Origin: the human T2T-CHM13v2.0 reference genome, Homo sapiens
DNA length: 64,000 bases
Reading direction: 5' to 3' (one strand)
Assembly (NCBI RefSeq): GCF_009914755.1
Contig: NC_060940.1
The translations under genes and the position numbers were made by a program. Positions within the stretch are counted from its first letter, which is position 1. Each line of letters begins with the position of its first letter. Shown here piece by piece: positions 15,325 to 31,213 of this stretch. A model generated the notes under the pieces. The model was not told the DNA's origin. It saw only the letters and a list, made by a program, of their open reading frames with translations, and did no database searches.

Positions 15325-16432
15325 TCAGAATTAACACCACACATCTACAACCATCTGATCTTTGACAAACCTGACAAAAACAAGCAATGGGGAAACTATT
15401 CCCTATTTAATAAATGGTGTTGGGAAAACTGGCTAGCCATATGCAGAAAACTGAAACTGGATGCCTTCCTTACACCTTATACAAAAATTAACTCAAGATG
15501 GATTAAAGATTTAAACCTAAGACCTAAAACCATAAAAACCCTAGAAGAAAACCTAGGCAGTACCCTTCAGGACATGGGCATGGACGAAGACTTCATGACT
15601 AAAACACCAAAAGCAATGGCAATAAGAGCCAAAATTGACAAATGGGATCTAATTAAACTAAAGAGCTTCTGCACAGCAAAAGAAACTATCATCAGAGTGA
15701 ACAGGCAACCTACAGAATGGGAGAAAATTTTTGCAATCTATCCATCTGACAAAGGGCTAATATCCAGAATCTACAAGGAACTTAAACAAATTTACAAGAA
15801 AAAAACAAATGGTCCCATAAAAAAGTGGACGAAGTATATGAACAGGAACTTTTCAAAAGAAGACATTTATGTGGCCAACAAACATACGAAAAAAAGCTCA
15901 TCATCAATGGTCATTAGAGAAATGGAAATCAAAACCACAGTGAGATACCATCTCACGCCAGTTAGAATGGTGATCATTAAAAAGTCAGGAAACAACAGAT
16001 GCTGGAGAGGATCTGGAGAAATAGAAACAAACACTTTTACACTGTTGATGGAAGTGTAAATTAGTTCAACCATTGTGGAAGACAGTGTGGCAATTCCTCA
16101 AGGATCTAGAACTAGAAATACCGTTTGACCTGGCAATCCAATTAGTGGGTATATTCCCAAAGGATTATAAATCACTCTACTATAAAGACACATGCACACG
16201 TATGTTTATTGCAGCACTATTCACAATAGCAAAGACTTGGAAACAACCCAAATGTCCATCAATATTACACTGGATAAAGAAAATGTGGCCCATATACACC
16301 ATGGAATACTATGCAGCCATAAGAAAGGATGAGTTCATGTCATTTGCAGGGACATGGATGAAGCTGGAAACCACCATTCTCAGCAAACTACACAGGAACA
16401 GAAAACCAAACACTGCATGTTCTCACTCATAG
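15325..16432 (+). pseudogene. L1 ORF2p C-terminal remnant, frameshifted near 16030
   Basis: ORFs 15262..16059 and 16073..16432 are consecutive ORF2p segments in different frames; no EN or RT domain. Confidence 0.9.
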
Positions 16433-16645
16433 TGGGAGTTGAACAATGAGAACACATGGGCACAGGGAGGGGAACATCACACCCTGGGGCCTGTCAGAGG
16501 GTGGGGGGCAAGGGGAGGGATAGCAGGAGGAATACCTAATGTAGATGACGGATTGATGGGTGCAACAAACCACCATGGTACATGTATACCTATGTAACAA
16601 ACCTGCACGTTCTGCACATGTATCCCAAAACTTAAAGTATAATTA
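15325..16645 (+). mobile_element. 5'-truncated L1PA (L1PA7/8-like): ORF2 C-terminus and 3' UTR
   Basis: Well-preserved ORF2p ([16 protein letters not shown]...[17 protein letters not shown]); G-rich 3' UTR ending cttaaagtataat. Confidence 0.96.
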
Positions 16646-17773
16646 TATATATATATTTTTTTAACAGAATGTGTCATAAATATAAATAGTCCTCCTGAGA
16701 AAATAGTGAAAGGCATAGTCTCCACTTAACCAATATATAGAGTGAATTCTCAATTCACTCAGTTGTTAATATAGCAATTCTTTCTAAATTACCCTGTAAA
16801 TTCAATGTGACTTTAATCAAAATCACATTTTTAATGCAACTAAATGAGTTTACCATAAAATTTAAATGAAAAATGAAAAGGTTACAAATAACAAGAGTAT
16901 TTTAAAAAGACCAATGTGAAATCAGTTTTTCTACCAGATAAATAGATTTTATGTCTAATTTAAAACTATAATGATTAAGAGATGTTAGTTGGGATGCTAG
17001 AGAATAGATGTCAAAACACAGACTATATGAACTAAAACCAGACCCCATAAAATAAGCCAAAAGATTTATAAAAACTAGATTTGGGACATAATACTGTAGA
17101 TCAATAATTAAAAGATTGGCTCAATATGTAGTGTTGGAATAAATTATTATTTACATAAAAAGTAAAATTAGCAGTTCACATGCAATTCTAGGTATACTAA
17201 AGATGTAAATTTCAAAAGTAAAATCTTGAATTTTTAGAAAAATATCTATAAAAATAAAAGTTATTACCTTAGTGTACAAAGCCAATTCTTAGATAAGACC
17301 AAAAAAGCATAAAACATTAAAGATTGAAAATTTTGTTTATGTCAAAAGTGAAATTTGTACAAAATCCAAAGCAGATAAAAGACAAGGTACAGACTGGTAT
17401 AAGATACTTGTAACACATGTAACTGAAATAAAGTAGAAAATTTGTAATAATGGATAAGACTCTATAGGAGAGAATAAACATCTTATTAGAAAAATGGGCA
17501 AGTATAATTCACAGAAGAGAAAATCTGAAAGACTAATATGCTTAGAAAAGTGATCAGTCACAATAGTAATCAATGAAATACAACCTAAAACAAAATGTAT
17601 CCCAGTTTTGTTTAATTAAATGGATAATTATCTAATTATCAATTCTTTATGCACACCTCTGCATGGCCATATTATATATAATATATATAATATATTGTAT
17701 ATTATTCATATATATTCTTTTAAATAATGTGATGATGCTAATGTTTTCAGGTAGGTGAAGATATCTCTCTCTT

Positions 17774-17850
17774 TAGGGTGATCAAATACAACAATTTGCC
17801 TCGTGGAACAGAGGAATATTTCAGACAAACCAAAACTGGTTGGCACCTTA
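17774..17850. mobile_element. MER81/MER94-like hAT-Blackjack MITE remnant
   Basis: Terminal inverted repeats tagggtgatcaa and ttggcacctta. Confidence 0.55.
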
Positions 17851-18051
17851 GTGAGTGTAAGTTACTATGACAACTTGGGAGGCCAACATTGCAATACTTA
17901 GTATCCCACATGGTATATTACTTGTAAAAAAAAAAAAAAAAAAAAAAAAGAGAATGAAAATAGCAAATGTTCAGCAAAAGAAAAATGAATAAATTTTGAT
18001 ATAGTTATATAATATATAATTACATATAATACAATGGCCAGTAAAGTTGAA

Positions 18052-18210
18052 TAGTGATCCCCACACTTTGATGTGTATCAGAATAGCCTACAAAGCTTAT
18101 AAGAAACACAGAGACCTGAGCTTATTCCAGTAAGACAGGACTTTGGACTTTGTAGTTTTTCCAGGTTTCCCAGGTGATTCTAATACCCACCAATATGTAA
18201 GAATCACCAA
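18052..18210. mobile_element. MER5-like MITE
   Basis: tgtgtatcagaatagcct...ttcccaggtgattctaat...taagaatcacca. Confidence 0.7.
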
Positions 18211-18590
18211 ATTGAGATATATTTATCAGAAAAGATAAATTTCTAAACTGAATAATGGGAAGGAGTAGCAAGTTGCAGAGTGGCATATAAAACATGATTT
18301 AATGTATTTAAGCTTTAAAATCTTCCAATACAAGACTACATTATGTTTAGGGATATATAAACATGTATTAAATATTAAAACATGCATGAGTATGATAAAC
18401 ATTAAATTCATATTTGTGATTACCTTTGGAGAGGGTAATAGAACCAGAGGCTTTGTTTTCAGAGGGCTTTGATTGTATCTCAAATATATACATTTTTTTA
18501 AATGATGGAACTACAGTAAACATACCATAATGTTAAGATTCATTGTAGTCTGAAGTTGGATATTTGTGTTTGTGAAATATTTCACAAAAT

Positions 18591-18944
<354 letters not shown>

Positions 18945-21434
18945 TCAATTTTGTCAAAACATTTAATATTTTATAAATTTATAAGAGTGACATAGCTATA
19001 GATTGTCATTATCTACCTCTTCATGTATATGTAATTAATTACTGAAAAATCTCCTTGGGCTAAGGACTGAGGCAGGGCAATATAATTATGGTAATTTTTA
19101 TTGCCGTCTGTTTTATTTCTCTATTTGAATAAGAAATATAATTAACACAATTAGTTAATAGCATATGACTGGCTAATTTGCAGACACAGTTTTCAGATTA
19201 GCTTAGGTGACCAAATATCACTTTTGCTATTTTTCTGGTTTCTTGTAGATAATATAATAAGTAGAGCTCATGGAGTGTTCTAGCAATTGTATTCATTCTT
19301 TGTAGCTAAACTATTTTATCACTAAAGAGTGTACATGTACATGCACACTAGATAGTGCAAATAGGAGGGAATACAGAAAAACTACCCTTTAATCATCATT
19401 TGTCTTGGATTAGTACTCTTCTAACATTGAGGGAATGGGAAAACTGAACCATATATGTTGATTTTCATCATTAGTTATACAGCATATGGGACATTACTCA
19501 ACAAATGGGCTTAATTTGAAAGTAAATCAAACAGGTAGAATATGTCTTAATACTGCCTCATCTTTGCTGACTGTAGTGGCGTTCCCTAACAAATGCCACC
19601 ACTTATAGAAAAGCTGACAGGAAGAGTTACAAATTAGGTTTTGCAAAGTCCATTGAAGTAATCTGGCTACAGTGTGGTGTGCACAGCTTAGAAAGTTGCA
19701 ACAAACACAAAAACTTCTCATCAATTATTCAGAAAGGTCATTTTAGATGAGTTTTTGCAGGCTGATGGAAAAAAAATTGCTTTCAACTGTCAGTTTGATA
19801 TAAATTGAAGTTTCAATAATAGGGAACTGTATATCTGTTGCAATTTGTACCTTTTTTTAATTTTTAAGGAAAAAAAACTTCCATAGTATAAAAAATATTG
19901 TTACAACAACTGGATGCTGAAGCAGGAAAATTGATAAAGTGTCCAGAGTGATAAAGGAAGTTTACATTTGTTTGGTTGTACTGGCTTGTGGTTTTGGCTT
20001 TGGCTTTTACTTTAGCGTGAGTTTGGGTTGCTTGGCTTGTTTATTTTTTTGCAGATGTGAAGGTTTATGATATGTGTTTCCAGACTCTTCAGCCCTTTTG
20101 GGTCCTGGACTTTTTTGATAGGGCAAATATAGCCTTGTTAGAAAACAGCAGGGATGGGAAGGCAAGACAAAAATTGCATGAATCATCAGAGGAAAACAGC
20201 TAAAAATAACTTCATGTTCAGAATTTATCTGACTCTGTATACCCCTTTTCAAGAAATCCTAGAAGTGAGAGTCAGGGAAGCACTGAGAATATACAATCCA
20301 GTCATAGAACAATGTTTCCAGTTGGAGAAATTCTGGAAAAATTGTGTAGGTAATGGTGTTACACAATGTAGAATGGAACAAGAAGAGGCCTTTTAGAATT
20401 TACTAATGAATTGGTTAAGGTTGTTATATGATCTTGAATCGGATTCATGAAAAGAAACATCATATTAAAGGTACAGAAATAAATGCTTGAATGATGATGT
20501 TTCTAAGATCTTAGCATTAGCAAAACTTTTTATAAGCTGTCATTTACTCTTAAATAGGAAATAAACACCACTTATTCTTATTAAATAAAAAGCAACACTA
20601 CCCACAGTTCATGCTACATATTATTATTATTATTTTTAAATCCCACTGGAATAGTGGAGATACTGGATCCTAGGATTGGGGTATGAAGAACAATGCAGTC
20701 ATGTATAAGAAAATATGGCAGTGTGTTATAAGATTTTTGTTAGAAATGCCAGAAATTAAATTGTATTTGAGAAAATTGTGGAAAATGAGTAATTTCTTAA
20801 AACATCTTTACGTGACTACACAGCTTTAAAATATAAATGGTATAACTTCTTGGTTCAGGAAGCTGTCATTAATTTAACAAATACAAAGCCAGTGAGCTTA
20901 GATATACTGGGTAATCTGCAGGATACATCAGATGGAAATGTGTGCTTTCAGGGAGATCAAGCCCAGAATGGAAGCCAAGGCTCACTGGGAAGATCTCTTG
21001 CTCTCTCTTCCATGCTCCCCTTGTCAATCTGGGAGACAGGCAATTTAGGATAATGTGGTAATGTATCCATTAGGATAGTGGAAGGGAAAAATATAGATTA
21101 TTTGTTTGCTTGTTTAAATAAGTGAATTGTATAAATAATCTGTTTTCCCTTTGCTTTCAATACTGTTACTTTTTTTAAGTTCAAAAATATGAACACATCC
21201 CCAAATTAACACCTATCTCACCTTATTTGCTACTTTAATAAGTCTTTGAAAAAATTTTGTAAATCATTTGCTTTCAAAATCATTTGGCAGAAACCTCTGT
21301 TGGAAGGAATGCTAAAAACCTCATGGGAACTCTGGATTTTGTAACAGTGTGAGAGCTATAGCAATATTTAAACACTACTGGAAACCTTCTGAAAAAGCAA
21401 AAAGGAAGGAATGCTTCTTTCTACCCTATTTTAA

Positions 21435-21814
<380 letters not shown>

Positions 21815-22122
21815 TAATGCAGAAGAAAATAGTCAGCTGTTTTTCTTCAACAAATTAAGTTAAATTTCTTCACCTTTTAATGGGATTGAGTCATAGTTGC
21901 TTTTCCTAGCGGTAGTAGATTTATAGTCCTTTCCAAATACATGTGTTATTTTTAAATGGTTTGACTCTAGTTAATAACATGGAGAACTGAGCTGAAGAAG
22001 AATCTGACATTAAATGGAGTTTTCATTCATGTTTAAATTATATGTTCATTAACACTTAACTACTGAAAGAGATGAGCTGCCCTAATGGATTCCCAAAGTT
22101 AATCAATAAGTAGCATAACAAT

Positions 22123-22290
22123 AGTGGTTCTCAGCCCTGGCTGCACATTACAATCACCTGGAAAATATTTTAAACTAGTCAAGTTGAAGTCCATCCAAGA
22201 CCACGTAAATTAGGATGTTTGAGAGTGAAGTCTAAACATCAGTACATTTTCTGTGATTCTAATGTGCCATCCATTTTGAGAAATCTTGGT
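22123..22290. mobile_element. MER5A/B-like MITE
   Basis: agtggttctcagccctggctgcacattacaatcacctgg...gtgattctaatgtg...ttgagaaatc. Confidence 0.8.
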
Positions 22291-22297
22291 ACAAAAG

Positions 22298-22395
22298 AGT
22301 ATTCCCAAATATGTGCTCTGTATTCCTCCCACATCAGCATTATCTGGGGTGCTGGTACCAACTCAGATATACTGAATCAAAATATGGTGGTCAGG
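22298..22395. mobile_element. MER5-like MITE, left part; the right part resumes at ~34150-34230 after the L1MB insertion
   Basis: catcagcattatctgggg...actgaatcaaaat; continuation ggaaattgcactttaaa at ~34170. Confidence 0.55.
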
Positions 22396-22761
22396 AATGA
22401 CACCACTGACATGGTGGAATAAGAAGCCTCAGACCCTTTCTTTCCATGGAAACACTGAATTAACAGCAATATACAGATCAAACGGCCTTTCTGAGAACTC
22501 TAGAAACCAATTAAGGGATTATAGCACCCCAGAAGAGTACACAGGCAAAAAGAAACTCATCAAATTGGGTTTGGAAAAGTTTGTTACACTTACTCACAAT
22601 AGCGCCTTCCCTTAGCAACCTCCCAACTCATGGCTTCTTCATTAAGAGGGAAATAGAAGAGGAGAACCTACATCCAACATTTTGTCTTTCCAGAAGGCTT
22701 CCCAAGGGACTGGCGTCTGTCTTGTTTGATGTAGAGTGCTAACAGAAACTGGCAAAATATT

Positions 22762-22815
22762 GATGCTGGTGGGACTGCTGAGAACAAAGATGCTGGTGGG
22801 ACTGCTGAGAACAAA
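22762..22815. repeat. Perfect 27-bp tandem duplication
   Basis: gatgctggtgggactgctgagaacaaa, two copies. Confidence 0.97.
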
Positions 22816-23628
22816 GGTGAGTGTAGTAGCTTGTTGCAGCATCAGAGACTACATTACTCTAAAAAGACACTATAGGAAGCAAAAGATTGTGAACAACTAA
22901 AAACAATAGGGGAAAACTCTTTAGCTGGGAAATTACAGCACAAACCAAAAGAAGATGCATTCCCGGATAACTTTTGAGAGAACCCCATCATCTCTAGCAG
23001 GTCTGATTGGTGAAAGTCTTCCCATATATAAAACCAATAACTAAAAACTGGGAGAGGTGGCTATTTTCTTCAAAGGCACAAATTTGAACAAAGGACAATG
23101 AGGCTTACAAAGAAACAGGCAAGCATGAGCCACTTATAAGACCAAAATAGATCTCTAGAAGCAAACCCTAAAGAATTTCAGATCTATAAATTATTTGACA
23201 AAGAATTCAAAGTAACTGCTTTAAAGATGTTCAATGAGCTAAAAGTAAACACAGATAGACAATAAAATAAAATATATGCATAAAAAACTGAGAATATCAA
23301 CAGAGATAGAAACCGTAAAAAAGAAACAAGCAGAAACTTTCGAAGTGAAGCATAGAGTTACTGAATTGAAAAATTTACTAGAGGGCTTTAATGGCAGTCG
23401 TGAACAAACAGAGGAATGAATTACCAAACATGAAGACAGATAATTTGAAATTATTGAGGCAGAGAACCAAAAAAAAAAAAAAGAAACAACAACAACAACA
23501 ATAAAAAACAGAAAAAAAAACAAAACAAGAAAAAGAAATAGAAAAAAGAAAAAGATAATCTAAGAAACTATGGGACACCAGCAAGTGGACCATTATATGC
23601 ATTATGTCAGCTTAAGAAATAAGAGGTA

Positions 23629-24043
<415 letters not shown>

Positions 24044-27000
24044 TCATTACATATAAGGGAGCTTGCATAAGATTATGACTGGATTTATCAGCAGAAACAT
24101 TGCAGGCCAGATTGGAGTAGAATGATATATCCAAAGTGCTGAAAGAAAAAACAAAACAAAAAACTGTCAACCAGGAAATATGTATTTTACAAAACTGTCC
24201 TTCAAAATGATTAAGAAATTAAGGCTTGTCTAGATGAATAAAAACTAAGGAAGTTTACCACCACTGGTCCTGCCCTACAGGAAATGCTAAAGGGAGTCCT
24301 TCAAATTTAAATCAAAGTTTGTGAGACAGCAACAAAAAAACATGAACAAATGCATGACTTCCTAGTGAAAGTAAATGTGTAAACAAGTATAGAATCTTGT
24401 AGCATTACAACATTGGTGTATGCATCATTGTTCATTCTGGTATAGAACTTAAAAGACAAAAGCATAGAAATAACAAATTAATAGATACACAATATGAGCA
24501 GATGCAATTTGTAATATCAGTAAAATAAAAGGAGGGGCATAGATATAAACAAGTACACTTTTTGTATGTGATTGAAATTAAATTGTTATCAGTTTATAAT
24601 AGACTGCTATATCTGTAAAAGATACACAAAAAGGAATATGAAAAGAATCAGATTATGCTACTACAAAAACTCAGTGAAATTCAAACAAGGCAGCAAGACA
24701 GAGGAAAAAATAGATTTAAATAGATTTTAAAAATGCAAAATGGTAATAGTAAGTTCTTCCCTACCAGTAATTATAATATCTTAAATTTAAATACAAAAAT
24801 AGTTGAGGAATTCAACACCACACTCTCAGCATTGAACAGATCATCTAGACAAAAGATCAATAATAAGAAAAACAACACTGGATTAAAAGTGTACCATAGA
24901 CCACAGGGACCTAACAGACATTTAGAGAATATTTTCCTCAATAGATGCAGAAAACACATTTATTTCATTAGCACATAGAAGCCTCAACATTTAAGAAAAA
25001 TAATAAAATCATATCAACTATCTTCTCAGGTCCCTGTAGAAGAAATCTAGAGATTAATAACAACAGGAACATATGTAACTATGCAAATACATTGAAATTA
25101 AACAACATGCCCCAGAATGACCAATGTGTGAAGAAATCAATTAAGAATGAAATTTTAAAATGCCTTTAAACAAATGAAAATAGAAACATAACATGCCAAA
25201 GCCTATGGGGCAAACAAAAGCAATATTAAGAGGCAAGTTTATAGTAAAAAAATACATCAAAAAACTAGAAAGATTTCAAATAAGTAACAATGCACCTCAA
25301 AGAACTGGAAAAGCAATAACAAACCAAGTCAAAATTAGTAGAAAAAAGAAATAATCAAGATTAGAGCAGAAATACACAAAATTGAGAAAAAAAGATACAA
25401 AAGATCAATGAAACAAAAAGTTATTTTTCTGAAAAGATAAATAATATTGACACATTTTTAGCTAGATAAAAGTTTAAAAAAAGAGAGAAGACCCAAATAA
25501 ACAAAATCAGAAACGAAAATAGAGATATCACTATGGATACCACAGAAACACAAAATATCATTAGAAATGACTATGAACAATGAATGATTATCGATCAATA
25601 AATTCAAAAGCCTAGATGAAATGGATAAATTCTTGGACACATACAACCTACCAAGATTGAAGCAAGAAGAAATAGAAAATCTGAACAGACTAATAAAAAG
25701 TAACTTGATTGAATCAGTAATAAAAAATTTTAAAACAAAAAAAAGACTAGATGGTTTTACCAATGAATTACACTGAACCATTAAAAAAGAAATAATACCA
25801 ATTATTCTCAAACTATTACAAAAAGTTGAAGCACAGATAATTCTTAACTCCTTATATGAGGCCAGCATAACCCTAATATGAAAACCAGACAAGGACACAA
25901 TAAAAACAGAAAACTACAGGACAATACTCCTAATGAACACAGACAAAAAAATCCTCAACAAAATACTAGCAAACCAAATGAAACAGTACATCAAAAAGAT
26001 AATACATCATAATCAAGTGGGTTTTACTCCAGAGATTTAAGGATGATTCAACATATAAAAATTAATAATGTGATGCATCGCATCAACAGAATAAAGGTCA
26101 AAACCTATGGTATCACCTTAATAGATGCAGAAAAAGCATTTGATAAATTTCAACATCATTTTATGATAAAAATTCTCAATAAATTAGATATAGAAAAAAT
26201 ATCTCAATAAAATAAAGGCCATATATTACATGTATTTAAGTTAGTATGATGAGCTAATATCATACTGAAAAGGGAAAAGTTTAAAACTTTTCCTCTAGAA
26301 ACTAGAACAAGACAAGGATGCCCACTTTCACCATTCCTATTCAATATAGTACCAGAAGTCTCAGCAAAAGCAATAAGACAAGATAAAGAAACAAAGGGCA
26401 TCCAAATGGGAAATGGGAAATGGGAAAGTCAAATTGTTCCTCTCTGCAGATGACATGATCTAATAAATTAAAAACCTAAAAACTCTACCAAGGAACTCTT
26501 AGAACTGATAAAAGAATTTAGTAAAGTTGCAGAATACAAAGTCAACATAGAAAAATCATTAGCATTTCTATAAATAAACAAAATACTCACTGAAACTGAA
26601 TTCCAGAGGGCAATCCCAATTACAATAGCTACGAAAAAATATGCAGGACTACATTTAACCAAGGAGGTGAAAGATTTCCACAAGAAAAACCAGAAAACAC
26701 TGACAAAAGAAATTGGAGAAGATGTAAAGCAATGAAAAGACATTCCATGCTCATGGATCAAATAATTAATACTGTTAAAGTGACCATATTACCCAAAGCG
26801 ACCTAGAGATTCAATGCAATCCCTATCAAAGTACCAATGAAATTCTTCAAAGAAATAAAAAAATTCTAAAATTCTTATGGATTCATAAAAGACTTCAAAT
26901 AGCCAAAGAAATTCTGAGCAAAAAAGAAGAAAATGGGAAACCTCACACTACCTGACTTAAAAATATACCATAAAGCTATAGTAACCCAAACAGCATGGTA

Positions 27001-27472
27001 CTGGCATAACAACTAAAACATAGACCAATAGAACAGAATGTGGAACCCAGAAGTTAATTCACATATCTACTGCCCCAGGATTTTTGACAAATGCACCAAG
27101 AATACTCAATGAAGAAAGGGCAGTACTTTCAACAAATGATGCTGTAAATCATCTTATCTTATGAATAAATTATCTTATGGATAAATGATATCCAGAAGAA
27201 GAATAAACCTAGACTTCCACCTCTCACTCTATACAAAAATCAACTTCATATGGATCAACGATCTAAATATAAACCACAAAATCAAATTCTACTACAAGAA
27301 AACATAAAGGAAATATGTCAGGACATTGGTCTGGGAAAAGATTTTATGAAAAATGTCAAATGCACTGGTATCAAAAACAAAATAAACAAATGGACTTACA
27401 TTAAGCCAAAAATCTTCTGCACAGCAAAGGAAACAAACAGAGTGAAAAGATAACCTAAAGAATGGATGAAAA

Positions 27473-27765
<293 letters not shown>

Positions 27766-27916
27766 GGAATGGGTGAAAATATTTGTAAACTATGCATCTG
27801 AAAGGTGGTTAATATCCAGAATACACAGGAAACTCAAACATCTCAACAACAACAACAAAATTCAATTAAAAATGGTCTAATAATCTGAATAGACAATTCT
27901 CAAAAGAAGACATACA

Positions 27917-28210
27917 GGCTGGGCACCATCGTAATCCTAGCATTTTGAGAGGCTGAGGCAGCTGGATCACTTGAGGTCAGGAGTTTGAGACCAGCCTGGC
28001 CAACATGGCAAAACGCTGTCTCTACTAAAAATATAAAAATTAGCCAAGCATGGTGGTGCATGCCTGTAATTTTAGCTACTCAGGATGCTGAGGCATGAGA
28101 ATTATTTGAACCTGGGAAGCAGAGGTTGCAGTGAGCTGAGATCATGACACTGCACTCCAGCCTGGATGACAGAGCCAGATTCTGTCTCAAAAAAAATATA
28201 TATATATATA
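27917..28210 (+). mobile_element. AluS (Sz/Sx-like) with (TA)n tail
   Basis: ggatcacttgaggtcaggagtttgagacc; small deletion near the 5' end. Confidence 0.95.
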
Positions 28211-30899
28211 CACAAAAGGCCACCAAAATATGAAAAATGCTTAATATCACTAATCATCAAGAAAATGCAAATCAAAATCACAATGAGGTATCATCTCATG
28301 CATTAGGATGGTTATTATCAAAAAGATAAAAATTAACAAATGCTGGTAGGATATGGAGAAAAGGGAACTCTTAATGCACTTTGGTGAGAATGTAAACTTG
28401 TATGACCATTCTGGAGAATAGTATGGAGGTTCTTCCAACAACTACAAATAGAACTACCATATGATTCAGCAATCCTGCTACTGGGCATTTATCCAAAGGA
28501 ACAGAAATGAAGATACATCCACACCTCCATGTTTATTGCAGCACTATTTACAATAGCCAAGATACGGATTAACCTAGATGTCAACAACAGATGAATAGAT
28601 AAAGAAAATATGGTATATATATACTATGAAATACTATTCAGACATAAAAAGAATAAAATCTTGTCATTCCTGGCAACATGGATGAAACTAGCAGACATTA
28701 GACTAAATGAAAGCCAGAAACAGAAAGTTAAACACTGCATGTTCATATTCATACGTGGAAGCTTAAAAATGTTAATCTTATAGAAATAAAAAGCAGAACA
28801 GAGTATATTAATATTAGAGGTTGGGAAGGGTAAGAGGAAGGGAAACATAGGGAGAGATATGTTAAAGGACACACAATTATACTAAATAGGATTAATAAAT
28901 TCTAATGTTCTATAACACAGTAGGGTGACTATAATTAACAATAATAGATAGTTTCAAATAGCTAAAAGGAGGATATTAAATGCTCCTAACACACACAAAC
29001 ACAAAGTTTGAGATGATGGATATGCTAATTACCCTAATCTGCTTATACACTATATGTATCAAAACAGCAATAGGTACACCATAAATATGTATAGTTGTTA
29101 TGCATCAATTAAAAATTAAATGAATGCAACTGAATTACACTCTCTCATCTAAAGACATAGATTGGGGGAATATTTTAAAAAACCAGAATCCAATTATATG
29201 TTATGTACAAGGGATCTATGTTAGACTGAAGAACACAATAGGCTAAAAATGAAAATTGGAAAAAGATATTTCCTGCAAAGAGGAACCTAAGGAGAGCAGA
29301 AGTACCTATACTTTTATTAGGCAAAGTAGACTTTAAAACAAAAAGTGTCACAAAAGACAAGGTAAAACGTTATATGAACATAAAAGGGTCAATGCACCAG
29401 GTACACATAATAATTATAAATATATATGCACATAACATTAATAATCTCAAATATATTAAGCACAAATTGACAGAATGAAAGAGAAAGGTTGGCAACATAG
29501 TAATAGGAATATCCCATTTTCAGTTATGGATAGAACGACAAGACCGAAGATCAGTAAGGAAACAGAGAACTTGAACCATGCTACAGAGCAATTAGACCTA
29601 ATAGACATATAAAACCACACATGGAACATTCTACAATCTAGAACACAAGGTAGGTAGCAAAACAAATCTTAATGATTTAAGAGGATTGAAATCATACAAA
29701 GTATTTTTTTTCAATGAGTGTTATGTAACTAGAAATAAATAGCATAAAGAAAACAAACAATAAATATATAGAAATGAAACAGCATACTCTTAAGTATCCA
29801 ATAGGTAAGATAAGAAATCATAAAGAACATTAGAAATACCTTGAGACAAATGAAAACAAAATATTACATACCAAAACTTACAGAATGCAGCAAAAGCAGT
29901 ACTAAGAGGGAAGTTAATACCAGAAAAAACTTACACCAAAATTGAAAAAAGGCCTTAAATCAACAACCTAACTTTATACCTCAAGGAAGCAGAAAAACAA
30001 CAAACTAAATCCAAATTTAGTAGATGAAGTAAGTAATAAAATTAAAATAGAAATAAAATGGAGAATTAAAAAACAATAGGACAATTTAAGAAGAACAAGA
30101 GTTTGCTTTTTACAAACATTAACAAAATTTATAAACCTTAAGATACATTAACTAAGAAAACAGAAGAATACTCAACCAAAATCAGAGATAAAGTATTACA
30201 GCTGATGATACAGAAATATAAAAGCTTATAAGAAATGTTGATAAAGAATTATATGCCAAAAATTGTATAACCTATAACGGATGAGTAAACTTATGGAAGT
30301 ATACGATCTACCAAGGCTGAATCATTTTTAAAAATTTAAAAATATGAACAAATCTATAATCAGTTAAGTTGAATCAGTAATCAAAAACCTGGCAACAAAT
30401 AAAAGCCCAGGACCGAGTAGCTTCACTGAATATACCAAACATTTACTGAATAATTAACAGCAGTCTTCCTCAAATGCTTCACTGAAATAGAAGAGGAAGG
30501 AACACTTCAAACTCATTTTATGTGACCAGCATTGCCCTGATACCAAAGCTAGAAAAAGATACTATAAGAAAACTATAGACTAAGGTACCTGATAAGTATT
30601 GATGCAAAATCCTCAATAAAATACAAGCAGATTGAATTCTACAGCAGAGTAAAAGAATTATGCACCATGTCCAAGTAGGATTTATTCTTGGAATGCAAGG
30701 ATGGTTCAACATAGAAAAAACATCCAGTGTAATACACCACATTAACAGAATGATGAATGAATACTGAATTATCTCATTTGATGAAGAAAAAGCATTAAAC
30801 AAAATTAAAAAACTTTCATAATGAAAATATTTAACTCATTTTAAATATAAGGAAGCTACCTCAACATAATTAAGGTCATATATCGAAAGTCCACAACTG

Positions 30900-31213
<314 letters not shown>

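Larger units (their letters stand above)
16740..18590 (+). mobile_element. Very old L1 (L1ME-type): ORF2 end and 3' UTR, fragmented
   Basis: tgttaatatagcaattctttctaaattaccctgtaaattcaatg; 3' UTR-like agcaagttgcagag...gtgattacctttggagaggg. Confidence 0.75.

Noticed and set aside
15310-16680. TSD of the L1PA7/8-like element
   Set aside because: No convincing direct repeat; the tail has decayed into (TA)n and a T-run.
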